Assembly: GCA_038319065.1 (NCBI GenBank)
Contig: JBBQCU010000001.1
Coordinates: 1-32,686, forward strand
Source: Methylococcales bacterium
GTDB taxonomy: Bacteria; Pseudomonadota; Gammaproteobacteria; Methylococcales; Methylomonadaceae
Direction of reading: 5' to 3'
DNA length: 32,686 nucleotides
The translations under genes and the position numbers were made by a program. The notes beneath the pieces were generated by a model. That model was not told where the DNA came from, did not search any database, and saw nothing but the letters and a program-made list of their open reading frames with translations. Below are positions 1-8,413 of this stretch, piece by piece; position 1 is the stretch's first letter; each line of letters starts with the position of its first letter.

Positions 1-35
1 ACATGGATATCCCGTAGGGTTAATTCAATCCGCAT
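1..35 (-). CDS. 5' fragment of a probable replication-relaxation (Replic_Relax-like) protein, running off the window
   Basis: ATG at 35 overlaps the end of the ATPase gene and reads MRIELTLRDIH(V). LTxRD is the typical N-terminal motif of this family, which commonly follows VirD4-like ATPases. Only 11 codons are visible. Confidence 0.4.
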   Translation of the reverse strand, partial: MRIELTLRDIH

Positions 36-1827
36 TGATGGTTTCTGTTTTTGCTTCCCAGAAATCTCGATTGGTGCTTCCTGACGTTCTACTGGTGGAT
101 CTAGTGGAATCGTCACTTGGGGTTCCTGAATGCGAAATAGATTGTGTTGGTTGGGTAGGCTGTGGGTCATGGATACCTTCCAGTGTAGCAGGTTTTGTCG
201 GCGCTTTCACCGGCTTTTTGTGGCTTGGTTTGCGCGTGCGCTGTGCGATTTCAGCGAAGACTTTTTCTTTGGAGAATCCTGAGCGTAGGGACAGCCGCCG
301 ACAAGCCTCAGTCACGTTCTCCTGATCCGGATAAATCCCGGGATCAATGGCACTGATATCCAACTTCTGGACGTGCTGGGCGGGTTGGCCTTCAACGCCT
401 GAGGCATGCACCAGAAAAGTAAAGCGAGGCAGCGCTTGAATCGCCTGGCTGAACAGGAGCAGCTGATCGGCTGCGGTATATTCTACCGTGCGGTAGTCGA
501 TCACCTTCGGCACGATGCGAGCCCGCTCCTGGATGGAAAGCCCAGAATACGAATACGAATAGGAGGTGTCTATGATCCTAGGATCAGGTTCGCCAAAATA
601 GACCGCCTCTTCTTTCCTGACCCAATCAGGATTGTAGCGAAACAAGTAACGTGCGATCTGCTCGGCATCGTCAGGATTCCGCACGGCGCCGATGAGCAGA
701 TTGCCTTGGAGGAGCGCATTTTGCATGCGCTTATCAAGCTGAGTCAGGGATTGATGAGCAATCGTGAGCATCAAGCCATAATTTCTCGAGAGCACACTGA
801 CCAATTCCTCCAGGTCAGCCGCCATAACCGCTTGGCCGTGCTGTTGATAGCCTAAAAGCTGGCTTATCTCATCGATAATGTACCCCAGCGGTGCGGTGCG
901 CCCCGCGGTACCCCGCCATTTGGTATAGCTAATGACCTCACTGTTGGCCCACAACATGAGAAACCGGCGGTGCTCCTGATTATCGACCTTACTAAAATCT
1001 AGGAGGACGGTTTGTTTTTTGTTGACCACCGTCTCTCCATTGACGGACCGCTGACTGGTGCCAAACATAATCGCCATCTTGGGATCAGCCGTAAACGCTA
1101 AAATTTTGGTAAGAAACGAATCGGAGCGTCGATTGCGCAACTCTTTATGGCTAATAAAATCCCGAAAAAAGACAACCGCAGGATAGACTTCCGGATAGGC
1201 GGCCAGCGCTTGGTCAAACCGTCCCTGCCACTGTTCCGGATGACGAATCAGATCTTCCGCTTCCGTAATTTGCAATCCCAGCGCCGATAAGACCATACCG
1301 ACATACGTGCCCAGCTTATAGGCCGCATTCATGCCCTCAACACTAGCCGTTTCTAGAGCCGGGTCTAATCGACGGATCACCTCAATAAATCGCTGCGCCA
1401 TGTCAAACAAACTCTCATCATGGGCTAAGCGATAGTACAAGGGAAAGCCCCCTTGCCCATTCATGTCCACATACTGGATGCGCTCGGTTAACTGCTCAAG
1501 TTGCACTTCAATATAGCGCACCCATTCCGGGGGCAGGGGCTGGTGATACTGCTGCCACCAGCGCTGTTCAAAATCTGGCGCGATGCGATTCACTTTATCG
1601 ACAATGTTCTGGCTACTGACCCCGGTAGGGTCGATAACAATTTGGGGGGTGCCCTGGATGAAATCGTGATAGGCAAGCACGCGGCCAATGAACCGAGATT
1701 TACCTGCGCCTGGCCCACAGATGATATCTGTTGGATTAAAGCGACCAAGCGAGGTAAGCCACGCCTTCAGGTTAAAGGATGAAGCAGCATCAATGGCAGC
1801 CGGCGCGGTGCGTACCAGTTCATTCAT
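25..1827 (-). CDS. VirD4/TraD-like (HerA-FtsK superfamily) P-loop ATPase
   Basis: Walker A CGPGAGKS, VIDP motif, Walker B YIIDE, AHQSLTQL motif and a low-complexity P/S/T tail. No N-terminal TM segment. Confidence 0.8.
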   Translation of the reverse strand: MNELVRTAPAAIDAASSFNLKAWLTSLGRFNPTDIICGPGAGKSRFIGRVLAYHDFIQGTPQIVIDPTGVSSQNIVDKVNRIAPDFEQRWWQQYHQPLPPEWVRYIEVQLEQLTERIQYVDMNGQGGFPLYYRLAHDESLFDMAQRFIEVIRRLDPALETASVEGMNAAYKLGTYVGMVLSALGLQITEAEDLIRHPEQWQGRFDQALAAYPEVYPAVVFFRDFISHKELRNRRSDSFLTKILAFTADPKMAIMFGTSQRSVNGETVVNKKQTVLLDFSKVDNQEHRRFLMLWANSEVISYTKWRGTAGRTAPLGYIIDEISQLLGYQQHGQAVMAADLEELVSVLSRNYGLMLTIAHQSLTQLDKRMQNALLQGNLLIGAVRNPDDAEQIARYLFRYNPDWVRKEEAVYFGEPDPRIIDTSYSYSYSGLSIQERARIVPKVIDYRTVEYTAADQLLLFSQAIQALPRFTFLVHASGVEGQPAQHVQKLDISAIDPGIYPDQENVTEACRRLSLRSGFSKEKVFAEIAQRTRKPSHKKPVKAPTKPATLEGIHDPQPTQPTQSISHSGTPSDDSTRSTSRTSGSTNRDFWEAKTETINAD

Positions 1828-2236
1828 CCTTCGCTTCCGCTTTCACAAAAATATTCGGCAGCAGCGGGGGGGGTGGCATGGTTGGTAGTGGAGACGAGTC
1901 ATAGAGTGGCATTGGTCTAAGTTTTCGTTGCACGTTGATCATCAATCGACAATAATGCTCGAACATATGGAAGATACAGATGTGTCCCTGTTCGCTGATA
2001 TGGTTCCGATGGTTTTTCGAGACATCAAGTCGTCTCTGCATGTAACTGTCCAGCAGGTTATTCTTCGCTTGGAGGATGGCGGCCAGATCCGCCTGCTGAA
2101 TGTCATCCAGACAGTACTGCTGAATCCATTCCTCAAATTGCTTGGCGTAATCGCAGCGTTTATCCTCCGGTGTGACGACAAATTCAAATTGGTCATGTCT
2201 GCGCAGTTGCTCTAACAGGTGTTGATCAACGTGCAT
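1820..2236 (-). CDS. hypothetical helical protein (138 aa)
   Basis: GGAGG lies 6 nt before ATG 2236 (MHVDQ), a better start than the track's 2269. The 3' end overlaps the ATPase start by 8 bp. Confidence 0.7.
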   Translation of the reverse strand: MHVDQHLLEQLRRHDQFEFVVTPEDKRCDYAKQFEEWIQQYCLDDIQQADLAAILQAKNNLLDSYMQRRLDVSKNHRNHISEQGHICIFHMFEHYCRLMINVQRKLRPMPLYDSSPLPTMPPPPLLPNIFVKAEAKDE

Positions 2237-2256
2237 CTGTATCCTCCACGGTTTAC

Positions 2257-2778
2257 TTACCTCTCCCAAAACCTCTTCCTCGGTAGCTCTACGATCTTCT
2301 CGACAGGCACCTCTTTGATGATTACCTCGGGCTCGTCCTTGACATAGATAGTACGCAACGATTCGTCGACGAGCTTATCGTAATAGAGTTCATCGATTTT
2401 CAACTGATGCCGCCCTAGGGATTGGAGACTAGTCCGATTAAACTGATCAACAAACGCCCCATAGGCCGTACCCGCTGCGGCTTTGGTGAGTGAACCATGA
2501 TGGACGGCTGTCTCAGAAACACAACGAGCAGCCAACTGGGTTAGTTCAGTAAGGCTCTTTGCAACCGCTTGACCTTTGATTGCATCATACTTCGTCACCA
2601 ACAGTTGCTTGTGCGCTTCATTGACAACCCGTTGTTCCGCCTGGGTCAGCACCCGCTGCCTATTACGAGCCAACTGAAATTTGTTCAGACTTTCCTGTTC
2701 CAACTCTTCCTGGGTAGGCAGAGCGAACCGCCACGCTAGGGTCTCAACTGGCTCATCGTTTTTTTTGTTCGTCATCAC
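2257..2778 (-). CDS. hypothetical helical protein, paralog of 3701..4081
   Basis: AAGGAG SD and start directly after the upstream stop. Contains the AGTAYGAFVDQ...RHQLKIDELYY motif. Confidence 0.8.
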   Translation of the reverse strand: MMTNKKNDEPVETLAWRFALPTQEELEQESLNKFQLARNRQRVLTQAEQRVVNEAHKQLLVTKYDAIKGQAVAKSLTELTQLAARCVSETAVHHGSLTKAAAGTAYGAFVDQFNRTSLQSLGRHQLKIDELYYDKLVDESLRTIYVKDEPEVIIKEVPVEKIVELPRKRFWER

Positions 2779-3048
2779 TTAACTCCTTGTAATGTCGTGT
2801 ACCTTGCGAAGATATTCTTCTGACCGTGTTTTCATCTGCCATTCCCGACGCGAACGCTGATCACTGAGTTGATTCATCTTTTGGAGCGTCTTAACCACCG
2901 CTGGATTCATGGTATGATCAGACGGCTGGCTGTGGTGGCTATCGTTTTGCTGGTGATAGGTGATGCCCAATGCGATACCCAGGATGAGCAATCCTACGAA
3001 GAACAGAATGATCAAGCTGAAACAAAGCAGGAAAAGCAAACCTGCCAT
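2779..3048 (-). CDS. small membrane-anchored protein
   Basis: GGAGGTG SD, a ~30-residue hydrophobic N-terminus and a charged helical tail. Confidence 0.8.
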   Translation of the reverse strand: MAGLLFLLCFSLIILFFVGLLILGIALGITYHQQNDSHHSQPSDHTMNPAVVKTLQKMNQLSDQRSRREWQMKTRSEEYLRKVHDITRS

Positions 3049-3066
3049 ACTATCACCTCCTCATGG

Positions 3067-3399
3067 CTACCAGTGTTGCAATTCGGCAATGATCGCATCG
3101 CCGGACTCATCAGCCAATAGCAGCATTTCATACAGATAGGCCTGGGTATAGTGATAGAGGGCGACTTCTTGCAAAGGCGAAAGGCCACTCCTCTGTCGGG
3201 CCGTCTGCTTCACCTGTTCCGCCGCCCGAAGCGTTTGACTAAGCCTTTCGGCAGCATAGCAGTGCGCTGTGCGAATTTCGCGCAGTCCTTGCCGAGCCAG
3301 TGTACCCGCCAGTGCGAGCTCTTGTAACTGCTCGGCCATCGCCCGCGTAAGTTGCGCTTCCAGGCCCACATACCGGTTAGAGATGATTGTTTGTTGCAT
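3067..3399 (-). CDS. hypothetical helical protein (110 aa)
   Basis: AGGAGG SD upstream of ATG. A/Q/L/E-rich helical composition; fits the operon. Confidence 0.75.
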   Translation of the reverse strand: MQQTIISNRYVGLEAQLTRAMAEQLQELALAGTLARQGLREIRTAHCYAAERLSQTLRAAEQVKQTARQRSGLSPLQEVALYHYTQAYLYEMLLLADESGDAIIAELQHW

Positions 3400-3704
3400 T
3401 GCACTGCCTCCTGTTCTTCTGGCGTATGCACCGGATCAACGGGATCAGATTCGACCACGCGGTACTCACCGTCAATCGTCAGCACGGCCGCTTCCCCGAA
3501 TTCCTCATCCTTAACGATCGGGAATCCTACTTCATCTGCTTGCGGCGCTGGGTCATAGAAGGTGTTCATACGCGTCTGTTCTGCCTGGATATGGCGCGTA
3601 AACACACGCGCAAAGGTTTGCTGTTGACGTTGTGCCATCCGCTCAAGTTGTTGATTGAATAAGTCAACTTGGGCTTGTAAGCTCGGATCTAAGGGTACGC
3701 TCAT
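3210..3704 (-). CDS. hypothetical protein (N-terminal ~100 aa credible; tail overlaps the next gene)
   Basis: ATGA overlap with the upstream gene. Protein-like N-terminus; the last 190 bp overlap 3067..3399 in another frame. Confidence 0.6.
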   Translation of the reverse strand: MSVPLDPSLQAQVDLFNQQLERMAQRQQQTFARVFTRHIQAEQTRMNTFYDPAPQADEVGFPIVKDEEFGEAAVLTIDGEYRVVESDPVDPVHTPEEQEAVQCNKQSSLTGMWAWKRNLRGRWPSSYKSSHWRVHWLGKDCAKFAQRTAMLPKGLVKRFGRRNR

Positions 3705-4081
3705 GGTTCACCGCCTTGTTCAAAGATCTGGTCAAAAAAACTTGGCTGCGCCTGTCCAGGCTGGGCAGGCGTTCGAGGGGTCTCCTCACGATTCAAATTC
3801 ATTATGAGCTGATGGTATATGACCTCATGCATCTTGAGAGAGTACCGGGCAAAGATGTGTGCCACATGATGGCTGATCTGCTGTACCACCGCTTGGTAAG
3901 GTGTTCCTGCATACTCCTTCTGAATCTGAACAAGCTCATCCATCATCGCCTCGTAAGACTGCATATTGAACTGGTGAACCTCCGTGATAATCTGTTGAAA
4001 CATCTGATAATCATTCGCTTGATCCTTGAGCTGCTGGCGCTGTCTCTCTGTTTCCCGCCAGACTTTTTCTTCTGGTGTCAA
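3701..4081 (-). CDS. hypothetical helical protein, paralog of 2257..2778
   Basis: GGAGGTG SD and TTG start. Contains the AGTPYQAVVQQ...RYSLKMHEVIY motif. Confidence 0.8.
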   Translation of the reverse strand: MTPEEKVWRETERQRQQLKDQANDYQMFQQIITEVHQFNMQSYEAMMDELVQIQKEYAGTPYQAVVQQISHHVAHIFARYSLKMHEVIYHQLIMNLNREETPRTPAQPGQAQPSFFDQIFEQGGEP

Positions 4082-4134
4082 TGTGTGCTCACCTCCTCAG
4101 GTGACCGTCAAAAAATCATCGCCAATAAAAGGGG

Positions 4135-4163
4135 TAGGAACCCGACTATTCGTCGGGTTCCTA
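4135..4163. promoter_or_regulatory. 12-bp perfect hairpin in an intra-operon spacer
   Basis: TAGGAACCCGAC-tattc-GTCGGGTTCCTA. On the minus strand it is followed by CCCCTTTT, so it may be an attenuator or processing hairpin. Confidence 0.5.
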
Positions 4164-4187
4164 GGCTGGCAACCAGTGGTTGCTGGC

Positions 4188-4439
4188 CTATATCTTTCCA
4201 GCCGCCTGCAAATCCTGCTTGAGTTTTCCAAAATCTTCCTGTAACATGTGAATAAAGGCCTCAATCAAGGCACGCCTGACTTTCGGTCGGATCTGGGTGT
4301 AACAGTCATGACAAAAACTGTATCGAAATTCGACAAGCACCTTGGTTCCAACGTCTTGGGAGGCACGCAATCGATAAAATTGAAGTTTCAGGTCTTTTCC
4401 GCACGCATCACAGGCTAAATTGGGTTCTGGTTTCTCCAT
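4188..4439 (-). CDS. small zinc-finger protein
   Basis: AAAGGAGGTG SD; CDAC...CHDC (CxxC...CxxC). Confidence 0.8.
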   Translation of the reverse strand: MEKPEPNLACDACGKDLKLQFYRLRASQDVGTKVLVEFRYSFCHDCYTQIRPKVRRALIEAFIHMLQEDFGKLKQDLQAAGKI

Positions 4440-4642
4440 AGTAGTGTCACCTCCTTTCGAATGGTTGAAATGTCTATCTCACCTAACCGTGAGACAGACG
4501 CATCAAGCACCGAAACGGTGAGCGAAGAGTAGCAGAACGCCAAGCAATCACAAGCGACTAGAGAAGAATCATGGGTGGGTTCGATACCAACGAATGATAT
4601 CGAACCCGTATGGTAATCATCTCTCCTCAGGTGACTCTTCCT

Positions 4643-5002
4643 CTATCGTCCAAAGATTTCATCCCAAGGGGTATGAAAATGCACGACCTGCGCATACGCA
4701 GAGGCATATTTTCCGACCAACGCATTGAGCATCGGCCCATTCCCGCAGGCTTGATTCAGTTTCTTGACCCGTTCACAGAGTGCTTGATATTCTTTGTAAT
4801 CATCGACGCTCTCCTCAGCCGATGCCGGACCCCCAAAGAGCACCTCTTTCAAGGCTCGATAGTGGTTAGCTGTATCGACGCCAAAGTCATTCAACGCAGC
4901 GGGTGTCAACGGCAGATCAAAGAAAAGGGAAATGGCCATGTGTCGCATCATAGGACGAAGTTTTAGCTCTTCAAACAAAGTTTCGAGTGTATTTGACATC
5001 AT
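4643..5002 (-). CDS. hypothetical protein, first gene of the leftward operon
   Basis: GGGGGTG SD-like sequence before ATG ATG; protein-like composition. Confidence 0.7.
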   Translation of the reverse strand: MMSNTLETLFEELKLRPMMRHMAISLFFDLPLTPAALNDFGVDTANHYRALKEVLFGGPASAEESVDDYKEYQALCERVKKLNQACGNGPMLNALVGKYASAYAQVVHFHTPWDEIFGR

Positions 5003-5050
5003 TCATATCACCCCCGATCTAGAAGTCTAGAATTGGTAACTCTCTCCCCA

Positions 5051-5077
5051 TCGGTAGAACAAATTTTGTTCTACCGA
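5051..5077. promoter_or_regulatory. perfect 13-bp inverted repeat, candidate operator
   Basis: TCGGTAGAACAAA-t-TTTGTTCTACCGA, about 50 bp upstream of the operon start. Confidence 0.55.
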
Positions 5078-5233
5078 AAGACAGACAGTCGTGTAGTGAG
5101 AGGATGCCAACTTTGCCGTGAAGAGATGTCAACCGCTATGATAAAGTTGTTAAGGAACGATCAAGTAAGATAGTTGAATTACAAACGTGATTTTGATTAT
5201 AAAGTTAAAACAAAGGAGAAATCTATAGTTAGG

Positions 5234-5249
5234 TTATAACTTAGTTATG
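5234..5249. promoter_or_regulatory. candidate XRE operator, copy 1 (ATAAC-N3-GTTAT)
   Basis: TTATAACTTAGTTATG, 14/16 identical to 8414..8429. Confidence 0.45.
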
Positions 5250-5356
5250 AAACTATTTATTGGAAATAAAATATGACTAAATTTTGCTGAAGAGATCGTT
5301 ATGTCCAGACATCAAATTAGCTAGAAGGATGTGTCGAGGAGTCAAAAAGAAGATAC

Positions 5357-6250
5357 TTACTCAAGTATATAAGGATAGGGTACCTGTGTAGCATCTTTGC
5401 GAATGAAGGTATAATATAAAAGACCACGCATTTCTTGTTCAGGATAATCTGACATTCCAGTACAAGGTATCGACAAAGGAAATGGTTGAATTTCTACCTC
5501 TGGTGGGAATGGTCTATATTGCCCAAGTATACGTCCAAAACGTACTAGTTGAGGACTATGTGCAACTACCGCAATCCGATCCCCAGGCTCTAAACATAGC
5601 TCAGGAGGTAATGTGATTGTTCTTACCTGCTCGACAGTATTATCGATTTTTCCCTCAATAATATAAACTTTCTCTGGTGGAATTATCACCCGATTTTCTT
5701 GTAAGGCTTGTTTTACAGCTTGTCTTTCATCTTCACGGCCGGTATAAATAAAGTAAGGTCCATATTCTGCAATACTAGCTCTTATCTTACATACCTGTTC
5801 ATCGAGTGTGTCAAGAGAGGCACGAAAACATCTTCCAGTTGAGATTTCAGTGATTCGTCGTATAACCCAGACTGCATGCACAAGACGCTTACGGTCCATC
5901 CATGCAGCCCACACTTTATCTTTATAACGATCTTCTTTCTTCTCCAGATACCATGTACCAGGGCCAGAAAGTACAATCACTGCTTTGATTTGGCATGCAG
6001 CTTCAGATTTTAATGGCAAATTTAACCGTTTATGGAACCATGCAAGCTCTTCAAGTTGTATTACTTCTTCTAGTCCAGATCGTATTATTTGTAATAATGT
6101 CTCTACTGCTATGGATTTTAGAGATGGGTTTTCGGCATACGAATCATGTAAAATTTTAGCTATTAATGAGTTTTTCAATAGCGATTGTTTGATCTCTGAT
6201 AAAGTCGAATAATATTTACCTGGCATCCGATTTAATAGCCCCTTTAACAT
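5357..6250 (-). CDS. DUF218/YdcF-like (HUP fold) protein
   Basis: VIVLSGPG, downstream RLxxA, IEGKIDNTVEQ and VVAHSPQLVR resemble the DUF218 motifs. Start uncertain (ATG 6250 chosen). AT-rich. Confidence 0.6.
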   Translation of the reverse strand: MLKGLLNRMPGKYYSTLSEIKQSLLKNSLIAKILHDSYAENPSLKSIAVETLLQIIRSGLEEVIQLEELAWFHKRLNLPLKSEAACQIKAVIVLSGPGTWYLEKKEDRYKDKVWAAWMDRKRLVHAVWVIRRITEISTGRCFRASLDTLDEQVCKIRASIAEYGPYFIYTGREDERQAVKQALQENRVIIPPEKVYIIEGKIDNTVEQVRTITLPPELCLEPGDRIAVVAHSPQLVRFGRILGQYRPFPPEVEIQPFPLSIPCTGMSDYPEQEMRGLLYYTFIRKDATQVPYPYILE

Positions 6251-6859
6251 ATTGTGTCTTTCTTTATGTCTGGTAGTCAGACTATACAATAACCACGGAT
6301 TCGCCAGCAACGATAGAATATTAACTGGGTTATAGTCTATTAACGACAATTACATTTACCGTAAATTGTGAAATTGGTAATCACAATGGCCCTACCTCAT
6401 CCTCAGAGATCTCACATTGCCTAAATCCAGAAATTAACCAGAGGCTGTCACCAAACTCGTGGCCTTAGGTTGGTTTTAATGGATCAGGTTCGCTCCTTTC
6501 GTCCTCACCTCACGTTAGTTAAAGCTTCAAAGCAGCCGACATAAGCGTTGTGTAATTTCGAATCATCTTTTCTATAGGTATACCAGTAGTCACGCTGCCG
6601 CCGTTTTTCCTTGCGCAGGGTCAAGCTATACACATACTGGGAGAATAGTGTTGATTCTGGTGACCATACACCTGGATGATCATCAAAAGTATTGATAATT
6701 CAACGCTTTCCCGCCATTGACAAGTTGACTCGTATACAGGTTGTCTATAATTATATACGAGCAGGCAGAGATAATCCCCATGATCTATACATAGGTGTTT
6801 GCGCACTCCATGATTGAACGGGTGAGGCTTGCTGAACCTGTTTCTTCTGCCGACCAACT

Positions 6860-8188
6860 TTAGAAATCTTGGGCACAGCGAAAGCCAAGAACATCGTTTC
6901 TTGTCTCATTTGGATCCGAAAATGTTGACTGAGTAATGCGCCAGGCAGCGTGTAAAAATCCTCCTCTCGTACTGCGACCGCCACCCCGTCTTACGTGTAT
7001 TTTGGTGGCTGAGATAGCAGGGCCTTGGGGATTGGTGAGGGACTCTTCTCTATTATAGTAAGCATCGTCATACCAATCGGCGACCCATTCAGAGACATTA
7101 CCTAACATATCCTGCGCACCATAGGGACTTACCCCCCTTGGATAGCTCCCAACGGGCGACAGGGGTGGAGCAGCATCTTTATGGACATAGTTCCCGCGGC
7201 TTTCATCATTTTGATTCCATTCGTTGCCCCAAGGAAATAGTACCCCCTCTGTTCCTCGTGCTGCCTTTTCCCATTCTGCTTCGGTCGGTAGCCGTTTGCC
7301 AGCCCACTCACAGTAGGCTCTCGCATCGGTCCAAGACACATGGACAACCGGATAATTCAACCGATCCCCAATCGATGTGTGAACTCCGTTTGGGTGGCTC
7401 CAGTCGGCACCAGTTGTGCGGACAAACTTGCGCAGCGTATCATTCCATATGTCGCTATCTCCTTTTAGCTCCGCCGTCGTTTTATAACTGGTTCCCTGCA
7501 CAAACTTCAGAAATTCTTGGTTCATTACCTCATACTGATCAATGCGAAAAGCTGAAAGATGAACTTCTTGCTGTGGAAGTTCATCTTGAAAATCATCTAC
7601 CGCACAAGGTATCTTTGCGCTAGCGCAAAGTTCTGCAAAATGTTGCAGTTGTTTTTCCGTGCTTCCCCGCAGAAATTTACCTTCTGGAATGTCACACATG
7701 CCTGCTCGTTTTCGTTGGATACATTGGGGAGTCCTTGCCAGCGGAGAGAAAGGGCTAAGCATCCAGAGAATGAGTCCCCCCACTAAAATAACTACGACAA
7801 TACCTAGACTGATGAGACGTTTACGGACCGCAATCGACTGGTAATATGTTCGTACCAGAGGAGGTTCGCGTTCAGTTCTTCTGGTTTCCTCATTTACAGT
7901 TTCCTCTTCGTTTGCAGTCTCCTCATCGGGAGTTTCCTCCTCTTGTGTTGTTTGTGCCCAAAACTCGTTATATAACGCCACGAGATGGTCTGTTTCTGCT
8001 TCAGTGCGATGAAACACCTCTCGGCATGCTCTTCGTAAAAGATCCGTCGGGAATTTTCTCCTGCCATTCACATATCTATTCAGGGCGCCCGCCGAAACAT
8101 GGAGTCGCTGTCCCAACTCTTCATAAGTAAAGCCATATCTTTGCCTAAGATTATTAAATTCTCTTTGAAATTCGTACTCCTGCTCCAT
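6860..8188 (-). CDS. XRE HTH - transmembrane - FGE-sulfatase (SUMF1-like) domain protein
   Basis: N-terminal HTH (LRQRYGFTYEELGQRLHVSAGALNRYVNGRR), acidic linker, one TM helix, then RLPTEAEWEKAARG, DMLGNVSEW and GFRCA. ATG 8188 is preferred over TTG 8272. Confidence 0.88.
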   Translation of the reverse strand: MEQEYEFQREFNNLRQRYGFTYEELGQRLHVSAGALNRYVNGRRKFPTDLLRRACREVFHRTEAETDHLVALYNEFWAQTTQEEETPDEETANEEETVNEETRRTEREPPLVRTYYQSIAVRKRLISLGIVVVILVGGLILWMLSPFSPLARTPQCIQRKRAGMCDIPEGKFLRGSTEKQLQHFAELCASAKIPCAVDDFQDELPQQEVHLSAFRIDQYEVMNQEFLKFVQGTSYKTTAELKGDSDIWNDTLRKFVRTTGADWSHPNGVHTSIGDRLNYPVVHVSWTDARAYCEWAGKRLPTEAEWEKAARGTEGVLFPWGNEWNQNDESRGNYVHKDAAPPLSPVGSYPRGVSPYGAQDMLGNVSEWVADWYDDAYYNREESLTNPQGPAISATKIHVRRGGGRSTRGGFLHAAWRITQSTFSDPNETRNDVLGFRCAQDF

Positions 8189-8213
8189 TTCTTTTGTTTT
8201 CCTTTGTAGTAAG

Positions 8214-8257
8214 CCATTTCCGCCATTTCCGGCAACAAATTGGAAACGCCGGAAATG
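8214..8257. promoter_or_regulatory. direct plus inverted CATTTCCG repeats upstream of the HTH-TM-FGE gene
   Basis: CCATTTCCG occurs twice in tandem, and CATTTCCGGC (8224-8233) is inverted as GCCGGAAATG (8248-8257). Confidence 0.4.
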
Positions 8258-8413
8258 ATTTCTGTGCTTCAATAATCATTGAGCAGCTTTTAAGTTGCTT
8301 AACAGGAGGTACATAGGTAGGAAGAGACTTCATGGTTCATTTTCAGTTATCCTCCTAAGAAGGCAGAGCAAGGCAGAAACGGACTATCCACTAATTTATA
8401 GCTAAATTGAATT

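Noticed and set aside
5057-5071. LexA (GAAC-N4-GTTC) box
   Set aside because: The spacing is N7, not N4.
6441-6456. IS-end-like sequences (GAGGCTGTCACCAAAC here, TAAGTGTTGCAAAAG near 18844)
   Set aside because: No partner inverted repeat or target duplication was found.
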